Shown here: piece after piece, positions 46,102 to 56,825 of the stretch
Position numbering within the stretch: position 1 is the stretch's first letter
Layout of the letters: each line of letters starts with the position of its first letter
Source: a virus
Lineage: Duplodnaviria > Caudoviricetes
IMG/VR virus record: IMGVR_UViG_3300044640_001993
Span: 1 to 62,397 of that record
DNA: 62,397 nucleotides
Reading direction: 5' to 3' (one strand)
Program-made: the position numbers and the translations under genes
The notes under the pieces: generated by a model
Seen by the model: the letters and a program-made list of their open reading frames with translations, nothing else
Told to the model about the DNA's origin: nothing
The model's database searches: none

Positions 46102-47220
46102 ATGTCTAATTACTCAGTCGGTCTACCTTTGTCCCCTTACTCTCAAAAGTTTGGCTATGAATCTGACGCTAGATATAAGTGTGAGCAAAGAAGAGCATTA
46201 GTCCTTATAAAACAACAGAGAAGAATTATAAAAGAGGCTACAGTTTATGAACAAAGCTACGTTTCTAGTGACAATAAAACTGTTTTACATTTTAGAGATT
46301 TTTTAATAGCTGAAGCTGCGGCTGCTTTTGTGTTTAATACACAGTTTGCTTCTATTAACCAAAACATACTAACTAGCCATGCGACAAAGGTATGGTCTAA
46401 CTTTAGCTTTGATGATATGTGGTCTTATATTCCTCCAGACCCTAAATTGGTGGAGAGTCCCCCTAAGTATTGGGGAGAGTTAGGCACTTTAGCTAACTAC
46501 TCTCTTTGGGTTGACCAGTCGGCTTCTTTGCCAGAAGTTATGCAGAAAGTCTTAAAGCTTTTATGGGGTTTAGTAGGAAGCTCTTTCCAAAAGACTCCAA
46601 GAGAGAGGTTTGACAGTTTATTAACTTCTCTAAAGGTGGATAGAGAGTTCTTAAATTTTATAGAGACTAAGGCTACCTCTATCTTTTTTCTTTTACCAGA
46701 AGACTCTAACTATTACGTCTTGCAAGCTGCTAGAAGAAAGATGTTGTCTGCAACTAACTTTAACTCTCTTACACAAAGAGTATTATTAGGAGAGTACGAT
46801 AGTAATAGCTTTGAGTTGTTAACTCCTCTTTTATCAAATAACGAACAGCAAAAGCTTTCTAAAGTGTTACTTAATTCTTTAGAGTTCTTAAAGCCTGGGG
46901 GTATAAATTTAGTGTGTCAGGCTTTTATAGTTGAAGCCTACTTGGAAGCGGCGTTTTACCTATCAGGGCTGGAAGCTAGTGTTTTACTAACTCCCCTAGC
47001 CACCTTTCAAAATAGTAGTATTTATATTCTCCACACTTTAAGGATAGCTGAGTATCTTTCTTTAGCTTATGATGCGTACTATTTACTTAACACGCTTTCT
47101 GTTAGACAAGAGTTAGAGTCTAAACTAACAAAACTTACACAGCAGATTTTAGCTTGGTTAAGCTTCAGTAATCTTTCAGTTACACAGTCATCACAATACC
47201 GCTTTGATAACTTACTATAA
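46102..47220 (+). CDS. Hypothetical protein
   Basis: 372-aa ORF in the operon. Confidence 0.7.
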   Translation: MSNYSVGLPLSPYSQKFGYESDARYKCEQRRALVLIKQQRRIIKEATVYEQSYVSSDNKTVLHFRDFLIAEAAAAFVFNTQFASINQNILTSHATKVWSNFSFDDMWSYIPPDPKLVESPPKYWGELGTLANYSLWVDQSASLPEVMQKVLKLLWGLVGSSFQKTPRERFDSLLTSLKVDREFLNFIETKATSIFFLLPEDSNYYVLQAARRKMLSATNFNSLTQRVLLGEYDSNSFELLTPLLSNNEQQKLSKVLLNSLEFLKPGGINLVCQAFIVEAYLEAAFYLSGLEASVLLTPLATFQNSSIYILHTLRIAEYLSLAYDAYYLLNTLSVRQELESKLTKLTQQILAWLSFSNLSVTQSSQYRFDNLL

Positions 47221-47222
47221 TT

Positions 47223-48830
47223 ATGCCCGCAGCCACCTTTGACCCTTCTGTAACTACTACTTCTACCACACAACAAGAACTAATTTCAAGTTTAAAATCT
47301 GCCCGCACAAATCAAGTAGGATTACTAAAAAGTGTTGTTCCTACCGCACAGAAAGTTCCTGATGTCTCTCATGAAGTCTTTCAAAATCAAGCTTTAGCAA
47401 GCATAATTGGGAGTAAATCAGAAGCTAGTTATAGTGCTTTAGGAATAGCTACTTTAAGTAAAGACTTTCATGTAGACGGTGAGTTTCAAGCTCTTATAGA
47501 CTGGCTAAAAAGTTTCTCTAGTGATGATCATCTAACAACTCTAAGTTATCTAGAAAAGTATAAGCAGGACTTAGAGCTGTCTTTTGAATCTTGGGCTACC
47601 TGGCAGAAGTCTAGAACATGGGCTTATGGCGGAGGTCATTCTTATACTAAGTCTACTTCTGTCCGCCAAGACGAAGCTCATAGTATGCGATTTAATAGCG
47701 GGACAGTATTAGATTTTTATAGTCCCTCTATTTATAGCCGTTGTGAAGATTTTACGGTTCAAGGTCGAAACTACTTTCTTTCAAGTGACATTCACCGACG
47801 ATCCAGTTTATATAGCTGGAGCAGAGCTGAAAAGCTGTCAGTCTCCCAAAGTAAAACTAACATAAATTACGCTACGACAGCTTCCTACAACTACGGGGCT
47901 AATAGTTATAGAGTATCTAACTCTCTTTTAGAACAGGCTGATAAGGCTAAGATTCAAGTTCAGAATGAGCTTAGTTTACTGGCAGGGCAGTTTAACTCTC
48001 TTATAGAAGATAACTGGGTTGTTAGAGCAGGTAAGTTAGTATGGCAGCAAAGTACAGACAGCTCTTATTTAGTTTCTAACAAGAGTGTGTTTATTACCGC
48101 TAAGGAAGAAAATCATCTTAGTAGTGCCGGAGAAACCAATATGGTAGCTGGAACAAGTATGCACTTGTCTAGTGGACTTTCTACAAATGTTTCTTCAAAA
48201 GGCGTTCTATCTTTAAGCGGCTCTATTGTCCGTATTGGTTCAGGTAGCTTTGCTAGACCTGTTTTAGATTTAGATAGTAATAAGATATTAGGCAGTAGTA
48301 GTCTTCTGACTAGTTCTGGTATAAGCAGCTTGAGTTCTAACGGCATTATAAGTGCTGCTGGTATTAGTGTTAGTTCTAGCTCAATCACAAAAGTTGCTAC
48401 TAGTGCTATAAAGCAAGCTGGTATATCAGAGTTATCTAGCTTTTTACCGGAAGGTGTATCAACTAGTTTGGGTTCAGTAGCAAAATCTGCTCTGACAGAT
48501 ATTGTGGGGAAAGGAAAGTCTTCTTTAGACTTATCAGACTCAGGACTTGGAAAAGTAGACTTTGGTTCTTCTAGTAAACTAGCCACAGAAGTAGCTTCTT
48601 CTGTTGTTAGCGGTGACTTTACGCCATTAAAAAAGAAACTATACGCGGCTGGGCAAAAGCGTATTGCAGACCAGATTGGTAAGTTATTTGGCTCTAGCAG
48701 TTCTAAGCCCCCTTTACCTTCTGCTCCTACAACAGAAACTGTACCAGAAGCACAAGAGCTTATAGAATACTCTACAATCTCTCTTCCTGATTTAACTACA
48801 AGCACAAGTAATGGATGGTGGACTGAGTGA
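47223..48830 (+). CDS. Putative spike protein with gp5-like beta-helix repeats
   Basis: ~8-residue Ser/Thr-rich repeats ending LSLSGSIVRIG. Confidence 0.55.
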   Translation: MPAATFDPSVTTTSTTQQELISSLKSARTNQVGLLKSVVPTAQKVPDVSHEVFQNQALASIIGSKSEASYSALGIATLSKDFHVDGEFQALIDWLKSFSSDDHLTTLSYLEKYKQDLELSFESWATWQKSRTWAYGGGHSYTKSTSVRQDEAHSMRFNSGTVLDFYSPSIYSRCEDFTVQGRNYFLSSDIHRRSSLYSWSRAEKLSVSQSKTNINYATTASYNYGANSYRVSNSLLEQADKAKIQVQNELSLLAGQFNSLIEDNWVVRAGKLVWQQSTDSSYLVSNKSVFITAKEENHLSSAGETNMVAGTSMHLSSGLSTNVSSKGVLSLSGSIVRIGSGSFARPVLDLDSNKILGSSSLLTSSGISSLSSNGIISAAGISVSSSSITKVATSAIKQAGISELSSFLPEGVSTSLGSVAKSALTDIVGKGKSSLDLSDSGLGKVDFGSSSKLATEVASSVVSGDFTPLKKKLYAAGQKRIADQIGKLFGSSSSKPPLPSAPTTETVPEAQELIEYSTISLPDLTTSTSNGWWTE

Positions 48831-49444
48831 TAAACTTTGAACCTGCTAGTGTAATACTTACAAAAAAACAGTCAAAGCCTGAGTTTGACTTTTATGTGAC
48901 TCAAGTGGAGGAAGGCTACATTTTAGTTGCACCAACTACAGATAACATATTATCTGAAGGACAAATACTAAAAGTTGGTGCTGTGACTGCGCTGCTTACC
49001 TCTTTTAAGGAATCTAGCGGAGTTGCTAAAGTGATTAGTGGTCTGGAAGAAATATCTGTTTTTGATAGAGGAACTGTTGAGAGGTTTGCTTACCTTGAGG
49101 AACCAAACTACAAGATAATATCTCCTATCACATCTTCTGTAGGTGTCCTTTCAGTAATATGCTCTATACCTTCTTTTCATAAAGCGGGTAGGTTAGGCTG
49201 GTCTATTTACAGGGAGGGGTCTTTATTAGCTATTGGTAATGATTATCCTGATAGAGGAGTAATAAAGCTTAACGGTGCTGGAGTATGGCTAGAAGGCTCT
49301 TATACTTTACAAGTCAGTCTTTACGAAGAAAATAGTTTATCAATACTGAGGTCAAAATCTAAAAGCATTGTATTAACTTCAGATACTCAATACATTGGTA
49401 TTGGTAACACTCATGATTTAGAACCTAAACTGATTTTAGTATGA
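48827..49444 (+). CDS. Hypothetical baseplate-region protein
   Basis: GTGA overlap with the previous gene. Confidence 0.65.
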   Translation: MINFEPASVILTKKQSKPEFDFYVTQVEEGYILVAPTTDNILSEGQILKVGAVTALLTSFKESSGVAKVISGLEEISVFDRGTVERFAYLEEPNYKIISPITSSVGVLSVICSIPSFHKAGRLGWSIYREGSLLAIGNDYPDRGVIKLNGAGVWLEGSYTLQVSLYEENSLSILRSKSKSIVLTSDTQYIGIGNTHDLEPKLILV

Positions 49445-49800
49445 AAGATTTAATCTTTACAAAGCAAGGAGATTTAAAGCTTCAGTGGATAGAAGGCGCG
49501 GAAGTTTTATCAAAGTCTGTAAAAAGAAGACTAGCTACTAATCCTTCCTCTTACGCCCGAGTAGTTAGAACTGAAACAGGTACTCAAGAGATAGGAACTA
49601 CTTTTGGCAGTACCTTAAATCAGTATATTGCTTATCCAGATAGTGAGTTTAATCAATCTGATATCAGTGAGATAATAGCTGAATCTCTAAAAGAAGACTC
49701 TAGAATTAGCCTTAGAGGTGTAAGTGTCCAAGATACAAACATAGAGGTTGTTTTTACTCCTTCAGACTCTCAAGATGTTTTAGTAGCAAGTATAAATTAA
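49441..49800 (+). CDS. Baseplate wedge gp25/gpW-like protein
   Basis: GDL...VKRRLAT...FGSTL...IAESLKEDSRI. Confidence 0.75.
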   Translation: MKDLIFTKQGDLKLQWIEGAEVLSKSVKRRLATNPSSYARVVRTETGTQEIGTTFGSTLNQYIAYPDSEFNQSDISEIIAESLKEDSRISLRGVSVQDTNIEVVFTPSDSQDVLVASIN

Positions 49801-50877
49801 ATGTTTAAACCAAGAACTATAGAAGAAGCTCAAACAGATTACTTAGCTGCTCTTAGCGAAGCTGGCAATGCTGTAGATATTGACCTCTCTCCTACCTCTC
49901 CTCTTTATGTTTTAGCACGGGCTAACGCTTCTATTATTAGTTTGCAAGAGCTCCGTTTAAGTAGTGTTTTATTAGCTAATAATGTTCTCGCTGCTAGTAG
50001 TGCAGAGCTTGATGAATTGGCTCTAAGTATTGTGGAAAGGGGGGAAGCTACCTATTCAACAGGTTATGTTTTCATTCCGCCTACTAGTTCACAAATTACT
50101 CTTCCAGTAGGGACTATCTTTACTGAATTAGCTTCTGGGCTTCAAGTTGTATCTCAAGAATCTAAAGTATCCTCTACCCTTGTTGGTACGACTGTGTTAG
50201 TACAGGCAGCTAGTAGAGGTTCAGTTTATAATATCTTGGCTGGGACAAGGCTATTTAGCCAGAGTTACCCAGAGATTAATTTTATTGTTGCTTCTACCAA
50301 GCTACCAAATGGAAAATACGAAGGTAGTTTAGTAGGAGGTAGAGATAGCGAGACAGATTCTTCTTTAAGAGAAAGACTATTGAGTAGATTAGTTTCTGTT
50401 AACCAACCAGCTTCTAAGAACTTTCTTCGTCGGGAGTTATTAGCTTATCCAGGAGTTTCAAGAGCCTACGTTAAAACAAGAGCTGGCGGAATTGTGGAAG
50501 TCTGGGTTAACACTGTTGAAGGTTTTACTTCTGAAGAACTTATTTCTTTGAGAGACTATGTGCTACCTCTAATCCCTGCGGGTATTATTCTTGCTTTAAA
50601 CACGGCTAGAATAAAATCCTTTCCCCTCTCTTTAAAGGTTGTACCTTTTACTTCTTCTCTTGCTGACTTAACTTCTCTGACTTTACAGATATCTTCTACC
50701 GTTAAAAGTTTTGTCAGCTCTTTAGATATAGCTGACTCTGTTCCTTTAAGCCGGGTTGAGCAGCTTGTAAAACCTCTTGTGCAAAGCGTTAAGGTTGTTA
50801 GTCCTTTAGCTGACGTAACGGCAGAGTTAGACCAGATACTTATTCTTTCTTCTCTTGATATCTCTTATCCTGCTTAG
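49801..50877 (+). CDS. Baseplate J-like protein
   Basis: RGEATYSTG, LPVGT, GGRDSETDSSLRER and YPGVSRAYV. Confidence 0.9.
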   Translation: MFKPRTIEEAQTDYLAALSEAGNAVDIDLSPTSPLYVLARANASIISLQELRLSSVLLANNVLAASSAELDELALSIVERGEATYSTGYVFIPPTSSQITLPVGTIFTELASGLQVVSQESKVSSTLVGTTVLVQAASRGSVYNILAGTRLFSQSYPEINFIVASTKLPNGKYEGSLVGGRDSETDSSLRERLLSRLVSVNQPASKNFLRRELLAYPGVSRAYVKTRAGGIVEVWVNTVEGFTSEELISLRDYVLPLIPAGIILALNTARIKSFPLSLKVVPFTSSLADLTSLTLQISSTVKSFVSSLDIADSVPLSRVEQLVKPLVQSVKVVSPLADVTAELDQILILSSLDISYPA

Positions 50878-50880
50878 ATT

Positions 50881-53079
50881 ATGCACCCACTAATACCTGT
50901 TTGGTTTTTTAGCCAGCAACCACTCACAAACTTTATTAACAGATTTAACTTAAGTGGTAGCTCTCTGACTTCTGAAACTACAGAAGATTATAGAGATATA
51001 TCTTTATCACCCACCTCTGCAGGAAATGAGTATCTTTTATCTGTAGCCAGTCACAACCAAAAATTTAAAGTAAGTCATTCTGTTCTTTTATCCTCTTCTT
51101 TAAGTCTTTCTTCTACTATTCCTATAAATAGTTATATAGTTACTAAACATGGTCAGGAGGAGCAACGGCAGGCTAATTTTCCTAATCTTGCTTATCTTTC
51201 TAATTCTTCTAGTCTGGTTAACTATACAGGACGGAAAGACACCACGATTCATTTACCTAATGAGCCTGTCACCTTTCAGCATCTACAAAAGAACTACTTA
51301 ATTCCTAATTATTCAAATGGTGTACTATCTGTAGAAAGTATTACTTCTAATGTAAGAACTCTTAAGTCTGCTGCATGGGGGCTTTTTTTAAGTTGCTCTA
51401 TTAATTCTACAGAGTTAGTTATAGCCCAACTACGAGAATTAATTAGAATTGCGATCGCCAAGAATCTATTAGACAATAGTACAGGACAGTTGTTAGCGTC
51501 TAAAGAAGACTTCTGGGGGTTTGCTTCTTTAAGTGTTGATGACATATCTGTTACAGTAAATATTGAAGATAATGCTCTACTAGGCTACGCTGTTGTTCAC
51601 GCTCTTCACTACTTAAGCGATTTAAGCTATTTAGATAATACGCTTGGTAGTTTTTTAAAAGATTGTATAGAACTAGCTAGAGGCTTTGCTTATTGTTGTG
51701 CTGAGTCTGTTAGTAAAGTAAGTGGTTGGTGCGCTGGTACTCATGAAGAAGGTTACTATGACTTCTTTTCTTTATCTTTAACTTCTAGTTTTCTTTCTTC
51801 CTTATTTTTTAATTCTTTTTTATTATTAGAATACGACAGCTTCATACATGAACAGGCAGCAAGACTATACCTTGCTATAGCAGGCTCGCCGGCTAATTTA
51901 GAAGATAGTTACTATGAGTTATTTGCAAGCTACAATTTACTTAAAGCTCTAAGCTACAGGCTTTGGTGGCTTAAAGAGTTTTCTAGTGCTAATTGGATTC
52001 AAGAGTTTCTGGTCTATAACACTTTAAGAGTAAGCTTAACTGACTCTGATTATCTAGTAGCTGCTTTAAGATATTCTTTGCCAAACTCTCCAGCTTGGGT
52101 TACAGAACTTCTAACTATTAATCAAGAAGCCTATAGACTTAATACTTCTACTAATCTAAGAATAGATCTATTAGCCCCTCTAGCCTGTGCAGGGTATAAC
52201 TACTCTTTAGTAGCTAATAGTGTATTTGAAACTTTTGCTTACTCTGCTCAGGCTTACACTGCCTTCGCAAGAGAAGAATTAATTAGAATGTTGCCAGAAG
52301 GTAGTGAGTGGAGTCTATCTGAGTTAGAAGGAGATAGAACTTCTATTATTGGAGGTTTGTTATACGCTTACTCAAAAACCTACTTTGTCTGGTTTCTGAG
52401 ATATAGTTTAATGAGACTACCTCTTCTTAAGAGCAGCGGGTTTTTGTTAAGAAACCTTCTGAAGTTGTTATTTCCTCTAGCTGTTAATCTGTCGGAGTCT
52501 ATTAGCAAAGAGATAATAAGCATCCTATTTCTACACCCTGAACTGAGCATACAAGCAAAACTTACTTCCTTACTTCGTACAGAATTTGAAAGGATTTATC
52601 AAGAACCTGCTCCATTTTCTGCTTTTGATAGTTTTGAGTCTAATACTTATACTTCTGAAGAACAAGAATTTAACAATAACTATTTAGAAGAATTACAGTA
52701 CAAAGCGATCGCCTATAACTGGCAAGAGGTGGAAAAAGCTAACCAGGGGCAGTATGGAGAGTTAACTACTATTTACCAACAGTTAACTCTAAGACCAACA
52801 CCAGGATTTCCTTACTCTACAGATAATGCTCAGAGAATAATAAGCGGTGATAAATACGTAGAACCGCTGGAAGAGTATCTACCCACAGTTAAACTAAAAA
52901 CTTTTAGTCAAGTGCCTAGTGGTTTAACCAGTATATTAGGATGGGTAGCTCCTGTTGGTGTTAGTTACTTAATTGCGGGCGAACTAAACACTAGACCAGA
53001 AAGAGTCTTTTCTATAAAAGCTAATTTAGGTTCTTATACACTAAACATTTTCTCTCGTGACTTTCGTTTTTTAGCTTAA
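50881..53079 (+). CDS. Putative baseplate wedge protein
   Basis: Follows J; LIRMLPEGSEW and C-terminal WVAPVGVSY recall gpI-like proteins. Confidence 0.5.
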   Translation: MHPLIPVWFFSQQPLTNFINRFNLSGSSLTSETTEDYRDISLSPTSAGNEYLLSVASHNQKFKVSHSVLLSSSLSLSSTIPINSYIVTKHGQEEQRQANFPNLAYLSNSSSLVNYTGRKDTTIHLPNEPVTFQHLQKNYLIPNYSNGVLSVESITSNVRTLKSAAWGLFLSCSINSTELVIAQLRELIRIAIAKNLLDNSTGQLLASKEDFWGFASLSVDDISVTVNIEDNALLGYAVVHALHYLSDLSYLDNTLGSFLKDCIELARGFAYCCAESVSKVSGWCAGTHEEGYYDFFSLSLTSSFLSSLFFNSFLLLEYDSFIHEQAARLYLAIAGSPANLEDSYYELFASYNLLKALSYRLWWLKEFSSANWIQEFLVYNTLRVSLTDSDYLVAALRYSLPNSPAWVTELLTINQEAYRLNTSTNLRIDLLAPLACAGYNYSLVANSVFETFAYSAQAYTAFAREELIRMLPEGSEWSLSELEGDRTSIIGGLLYAYSKTYFVWFLRYSLMRLPLLKSSGFLLRNLLKLLFPLAVNLSESISKEIISILFLHPELSIQAKLTSLLRTEFERIYQEPAPFSAFDSFESNTYTSEEQEFNNNYLEELQYKAIAYNWQEVEKANQGQYGELTTIYQQLTLRPTPGFPYSTDNAQRIISGDKYVEPLEEYLPTVKLKTFSQVPSGLTSILGWVAPVGVSYLIAGELNTRPERVFSIKANLGSYTLNIFSRDFRFLA

Positions 53080-53126
53080 CTAAATTGATATAATTGGTTT
53101 ACGTTGGATTAGTTATATAAAAGTAT

Positions 53127-53525
53127 ATGCTTTCACCATCACTATCTCTGGCATATTTAAAGTTAATTCTTCTAGGTGGTACTGTCACAGTGGGCGGTAC
53201 TACATCTTCTGTACCAACTGGAAGTAGATATATCTCTTTTCATCAGAATGCCCCTACTACAAATTCTGCCGAGCTAGTTTCTCGCCAATTACTCTTATTT
53301 ACCATTGATGAGTCTTTAAATATTGCTGTTAACACAAATACAATAACTTTTCCTAGTTTTAATGCGGATTTAAGCAGTCTGTATTGTTCTCTGTGGTCTA
53401 CTATAACTAGTGGAAGTTTAATTGCGTATACAAAAGTGAGTATATCTCCTTTAGCGTTTAGCTCTAACAGTTTAGTTATCCAACCTCAGATGTTTGTTAT
53501 TGAACCTAGTATGTGTAGTAATTAA
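53127..53525 (+). CDS. Small tail/baseplate structural protein
   Basis: YISFH...NTNTITFP...LWSTITSGSLI pattern. Confidence 0.6.
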   Translation: MLSPSLSLAYLKLILLGGTVTVGGTTSSVPTGSRYISFHQNAPTTNSAELVSRQLLLFTIDESLNIAVNTNTITFPSFNADLSSLYCSLWSTITSGSLIAYTKVSISPLAFSSNSLVIQPQMFVIEPSMCSN

Positions 53526-56500
53526 TGGCTATTATAGGAAGTGGATTAGACGTAGAAGATTTTCTAGGCTCATTAATTGATACTATCAATAATGAGCTTG
53601 GTCATAGCGACGCGGCTAATAATATTGTTGATTTTTTAAATAAAGAAATAGACCGAGAAGCGTGGGGCGTTAAGGAAATACACCGTAGGCAATGGTTAGT
53701 TTTAAAGACTTTTTATGGCTTAGAACTAGAGCCAGAAGATATAGAAATTCTTGAGGCTTGGTACGCCCTAGATCGAACTTCTATTAATCCAGAATTTTAT
53801 GAAGTAGGAAAGCAAAACCAGTCTCTGTGTATTGAAGCTGGCAGAAGAGGTGGAAAATGTATAACTTTAGACACCTTAATACCTACTAGCCAAGGATTTA
53901 TAGAAGCTAAAGAACTGAAGCTTGATCCAACAGTTGAGTGGCAATCAGTAGACTTTAAGGTAGCTCTACCTGATGGAGTTACTAGTAAGGCTGACCGCCG
54001 GTTTTATAATGGCTTTGCTAGGGTTAAGAGAATAAAAACTTTTAATGGTTATTCTATAGGAGCCACGGATAACCACCGAATTAAAATTTTAGACAAGTCT
54101 GGTCTAATTAGGTGGGAGTACATGGATAACCTAAAAATTGGAGATGTGGTTTGCATAGAGCGTAACTCTAATCTATGGGCAGAGCAGTATCAAGAAGTCT
54201 CCTCTTATTTTGAAAAAGCAAAAAGAGATAGTCCTCTTGTGAGGTTACAAAGCGGCGGTTCTCCCACACTCTTTGATGAGAACTACGGCTATCTCTTGGG
54301 TTTATTGTGTGGAGACGGTTCTTGGACAAGTGATAATCTTGTTCTAACAGGTTTAAAAAGTGACCTAGAGGTCTATGTTCCTTTCATCAGAAAGACTTTT
54401 GTGGAGGCTGACTTAGACTATCAATACTCAGTAAGTAGGTCTGTTCCTAACCTTAGAATAGGAAGTGTTATTAATAAAAGATTCTTTGAGCACTTAGGAT
54501 TTAGCAGCAAAGATAGAGATTCTAAAAGAGTTCCTTGGATAATAATGAAGTCTCCAAAAAAAGTTGTAGCTTCTTTCTTGTCCGGTCTGTTTGATACTGA
54601 TGGAACAGTCAGTTCTAAAGATGTGAGTTTTTCTACATCTTCTAAAAAGCTGGCTCAGGAAGTACAGATTTTGCTTCTTAATTTTGGCATAGTGAGCAGA
54701 ATAAATTCTAGTTTTGTTAAAGAAAAAGAGTATTACGTACTCACAACTAGTGGTTTAAAATCTAGGATAATTTTCTCCAAAGAAATTGGATTTAGACTAC
54801 CTCGTAAACAGGATAAGCTTTTGGCTACCTTAGATAAAAGCAAAGAAGGAGGTACTCTTGAGTCTATTCCTAATCAGATTGACTGGCTAAAAAGACTTCT
54901 AAATTGTCTACCGGCTAATTCAAGAGGAGAAGAGTTACGTTCTGATGTAACTAAAAAGTTCTGTGGCAGGGCTAAATCTAAGCTACCTTACCGCACAGAG
55001 TTTAAACGTATAGTAGGAAATGTACTTAAACCAAGTTCTGGTGAAGAGCTAACTTACTCAAGAGTTAAGAATTTATTAGAGTGGATAAGCGTTCACTCCG
55101 AGATAAACTTCGATAAGGAAGCTGTACACCACTTTGTTGATTTAATACAAAAGGATTACTTCTTTAATAAAATCACCTCTATCGAGGATAGCAAGGAAGA
55201 AACTCTAGACATTGGCGTGCCAGAGCATCACTGTTACACAGCTAACGGGTTTACTAGTCATAATAGCTGGGCTGCTTCAATTATAGTTGCTTATGAGTTT
55301 TACAGACTTTGTATGATGAAGAGTCCTCAAAAGCATTACAATATAGCCTCTTCGACTCCAATAGCTATTTATTGTATAGCTACCAGTGCCACTCAGACTA
55401 AGAGAACAATCTTTGGTCAAGCTAAAGCTCTATTAGAGTACATACCTTCTATAAAAAGATTAATAGACCAAAAAAAGATAATAGTAGGAGAAGAAGAAGT
55501 TAAGTATCCTGATAAGCTGCTGCACATCTACAGTGGTAACTCTAACTCTGCATCTCAAGTTGGTTCCTCTGTTATTCTCTTAGCGATGGACGAAGTAGCC
55601 AGGTTTGATGAGGACGGTCATGCTGAAGATGAAAGTAACGCTCTTAAACTCTGGTCTAACATTGGTATCTCTGGAGTAACTTTTGGTAGTGACGCTAAAA
55701 GAATAGCTATATCTTCTGCTTGGTGTGATGGGGATGCTATTCAAGTTTTATATAACAAGAGCAAGACGAGTAATGGACGTGTAGGATTTAGGTTACGCGC
55801 TTGGGATTTAAACCCTGTTCACGCGGCTAGAGACAACCCAATTATACAAGCTGAGTACGATGATGACCCTCGTAAGGCTGCTCTTGAGTTTGAAGGAGTC
55901 CGGTTTAATAAAGCATACAGTTTCTTTAACGGCATAGAAGTAGAAAGAGCCTTTACGGGTAATAGTGTCCTACGAGCTACTGTAATGCCTCCTGCTGAGG
56001 ATAACCTAGTCAGACTATCTGTAACTGACATTAGACCTTACAGACAGGTTACTGTAATGCACCTTGACCCAGCTTTTGTGAGAGATGCCTATGCGATCGC
56101 TTTTGGGCATCGTGAGCAACGCAAAGACCAGAAGATTGCTGTGATAGATGCTCTACTAGCCTGGGAACCAGATATTGGTCAGCAGGTAGGTATTAGTAAC
56201 GTTTACCAAACTATCTACCAAATTCATCAAAGTCGTCCTCTTAGTAAGATAACTAGTGACCATTACAATCCAGAGACTATTCAAAGGTTGAAAGGCACAG
56301 GACTAAACGCCAGCATTATGACTTTCTCCGCAGGTAAGCAGTTAGAGATTTATGACTTTACCAGAAAGCTGCTGCATGAAGATAGATTAATCTTTCCAAA
56401 GGACTCTCAGTGGAGTAGCAAACTTAAAGAGGAATTGTTCGGGATTCAGCTTATTAAAGGGCGTAAAATTGACCATAGAAAGGATAGCAGCAAAGATTTA

Positions 56501-56731
56501 GCAGATTGCGTATGTGCTGTGGCCTGGCACTTAATGTCAGACCAAACTGCGTCACTATCCTTTGATACAACTGTGCAACGAACAGTTCGTCGGAATAATC
56601 CTAATGATGAATTTGCTGACTTAGGATTTCAGTCTTCCGGTAGACCTCTAGCGGGGCAGATTAGACGAGGATATTCTGGTTGGGGTACAAACAGTAATGG
56701 CTCTGGTAGTTGGAGCCACGACGAGTATTAA
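53525..56731 (+). CDS. terL: Terminase large subunit with LAGLIDADG intein
   Basis: Walker A GRRGGK|S split by the intein; Walker B LAMDEVA; ISS coupling motif; nuclease HLDP...DAYA and SKDLADC. Confidence 0.92.
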   Translation: MAIIGSGLDVEDFLGSLIDTINNELGHSDAANNIVDFLNKEIDREAWGVKEIHRRQWLVLKTFYGLELEPEDIEILEAWYALDRTSINPEFYEVGKQNQSLCIEAGRRGGKCITLDTLIPTSQGFIEAKELKLDPTVEWQSVDFKVALPDGVTSKADRRFYNGFARVKRIKTFNGYSIGATDNHRIKILDKSGLIRWEYMDNLKIGDVVCIERNSNLWAEQYQEVSSYFEKAKRDSPLVRLQSGGSPTLFDENYGYLLGLLCGDGSWTSDNLVLTGLKSDLEVYVPFIRKTFVEADLDYQYSVSRSVPNLRIGSVINKRFFEHLGFSSKDRDSKRVPWIIMKSPKKVVASFLSGLFDTDGTVSSKDVSFSTSSKKLAQEVQILLLNFGIVSRINSSFVKEKEYYVLTTSGLKSRIIFSKEIGFRLPRKQDKLLATLDKSKEGGTLESIPNQIDWLKRLLNCLPANSRGEELRSDVTKKFCGRAKSKLPYRTEFKRIVGNVLKPSSGEELTYSRVKNLLEWISVHSEINFDKEAVHHFVDLIQKDYFFNKITSIEDSKEETLDIGVPEHHCYTANGFTSHNSWAASIIVAYEFYRLCMMKSPQKHYNIASSTPIAIYCIATSATQTKRTIFGQAKALLEYIPSIKRLIDQKKIIVGEEEVKYPDKLLHIYSGNSNSASQVGSSVILLAMDEVARFDEDGHAEDESNALKLWSNIGISGVTFGSDAKRIAISSAWCDGDAIQVLYNKSKTSNGRVGFRLRAWDLNPVHAARDNPIIQAEYDDDPRKAALEFEGVRFNKAYSFFNGIEVERAFTGNSVLRATVMPPAEDNLVRLSVTDIRPYRQVTVMHLDPAFVRDAYAIAFGHREQRKDQKIAVIDALLAWEPDIGQQVGISNVYQTIYQIHQSRPLSKITSDHYNPETIQRLKGTGLNASIMTFSAGKQLEIYDFTRKLLHEDRLIFPKDSQWSSKLKEELFGIQLIKGRKIDHRKDSSKDLADCVCAVAWHLMSDQTASLSFDTTVQRTVRRNNPNDEFADLGFQSSGRPLAGQIRRGYSGWGTNSNGSGSWSHDEY
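53858..55264 (+). mobile_element. Intein with LAGLIDADG homing endonuclease (469 aa)
   Basis: Starts CITLDT; block B ATDNHRI; LLGLLCGDG and FLSGLFDTDG; ends TSHN followed by Ser. Confidence 0.93.
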
Positions 56732-56767
56732 GCTGATTTTATTTGTTAGAATATAAAGGTAAGCAAC

Positions 56768-56803
56768 AGAAAGGAGAGGTCATCTAAACAGCCTCTCCTT
56801 TCT
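56768..56803 (+). terminator. Inverted repeat after terL
   Basis: AGAAAGGAGAGG...CCTCTCCTTTCT. Confidence 0.55.
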
Positions 56804-56825
56804 CTTAATATCCTAAAAGTATTCT

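Noticed and set aside
37124-50877. Extracellular contractile injection system or T6SS (sheath, tube, PAAR, gp25, J)
   Set aside because: Portal, protease, capsid and terminase are present, so this is a phage
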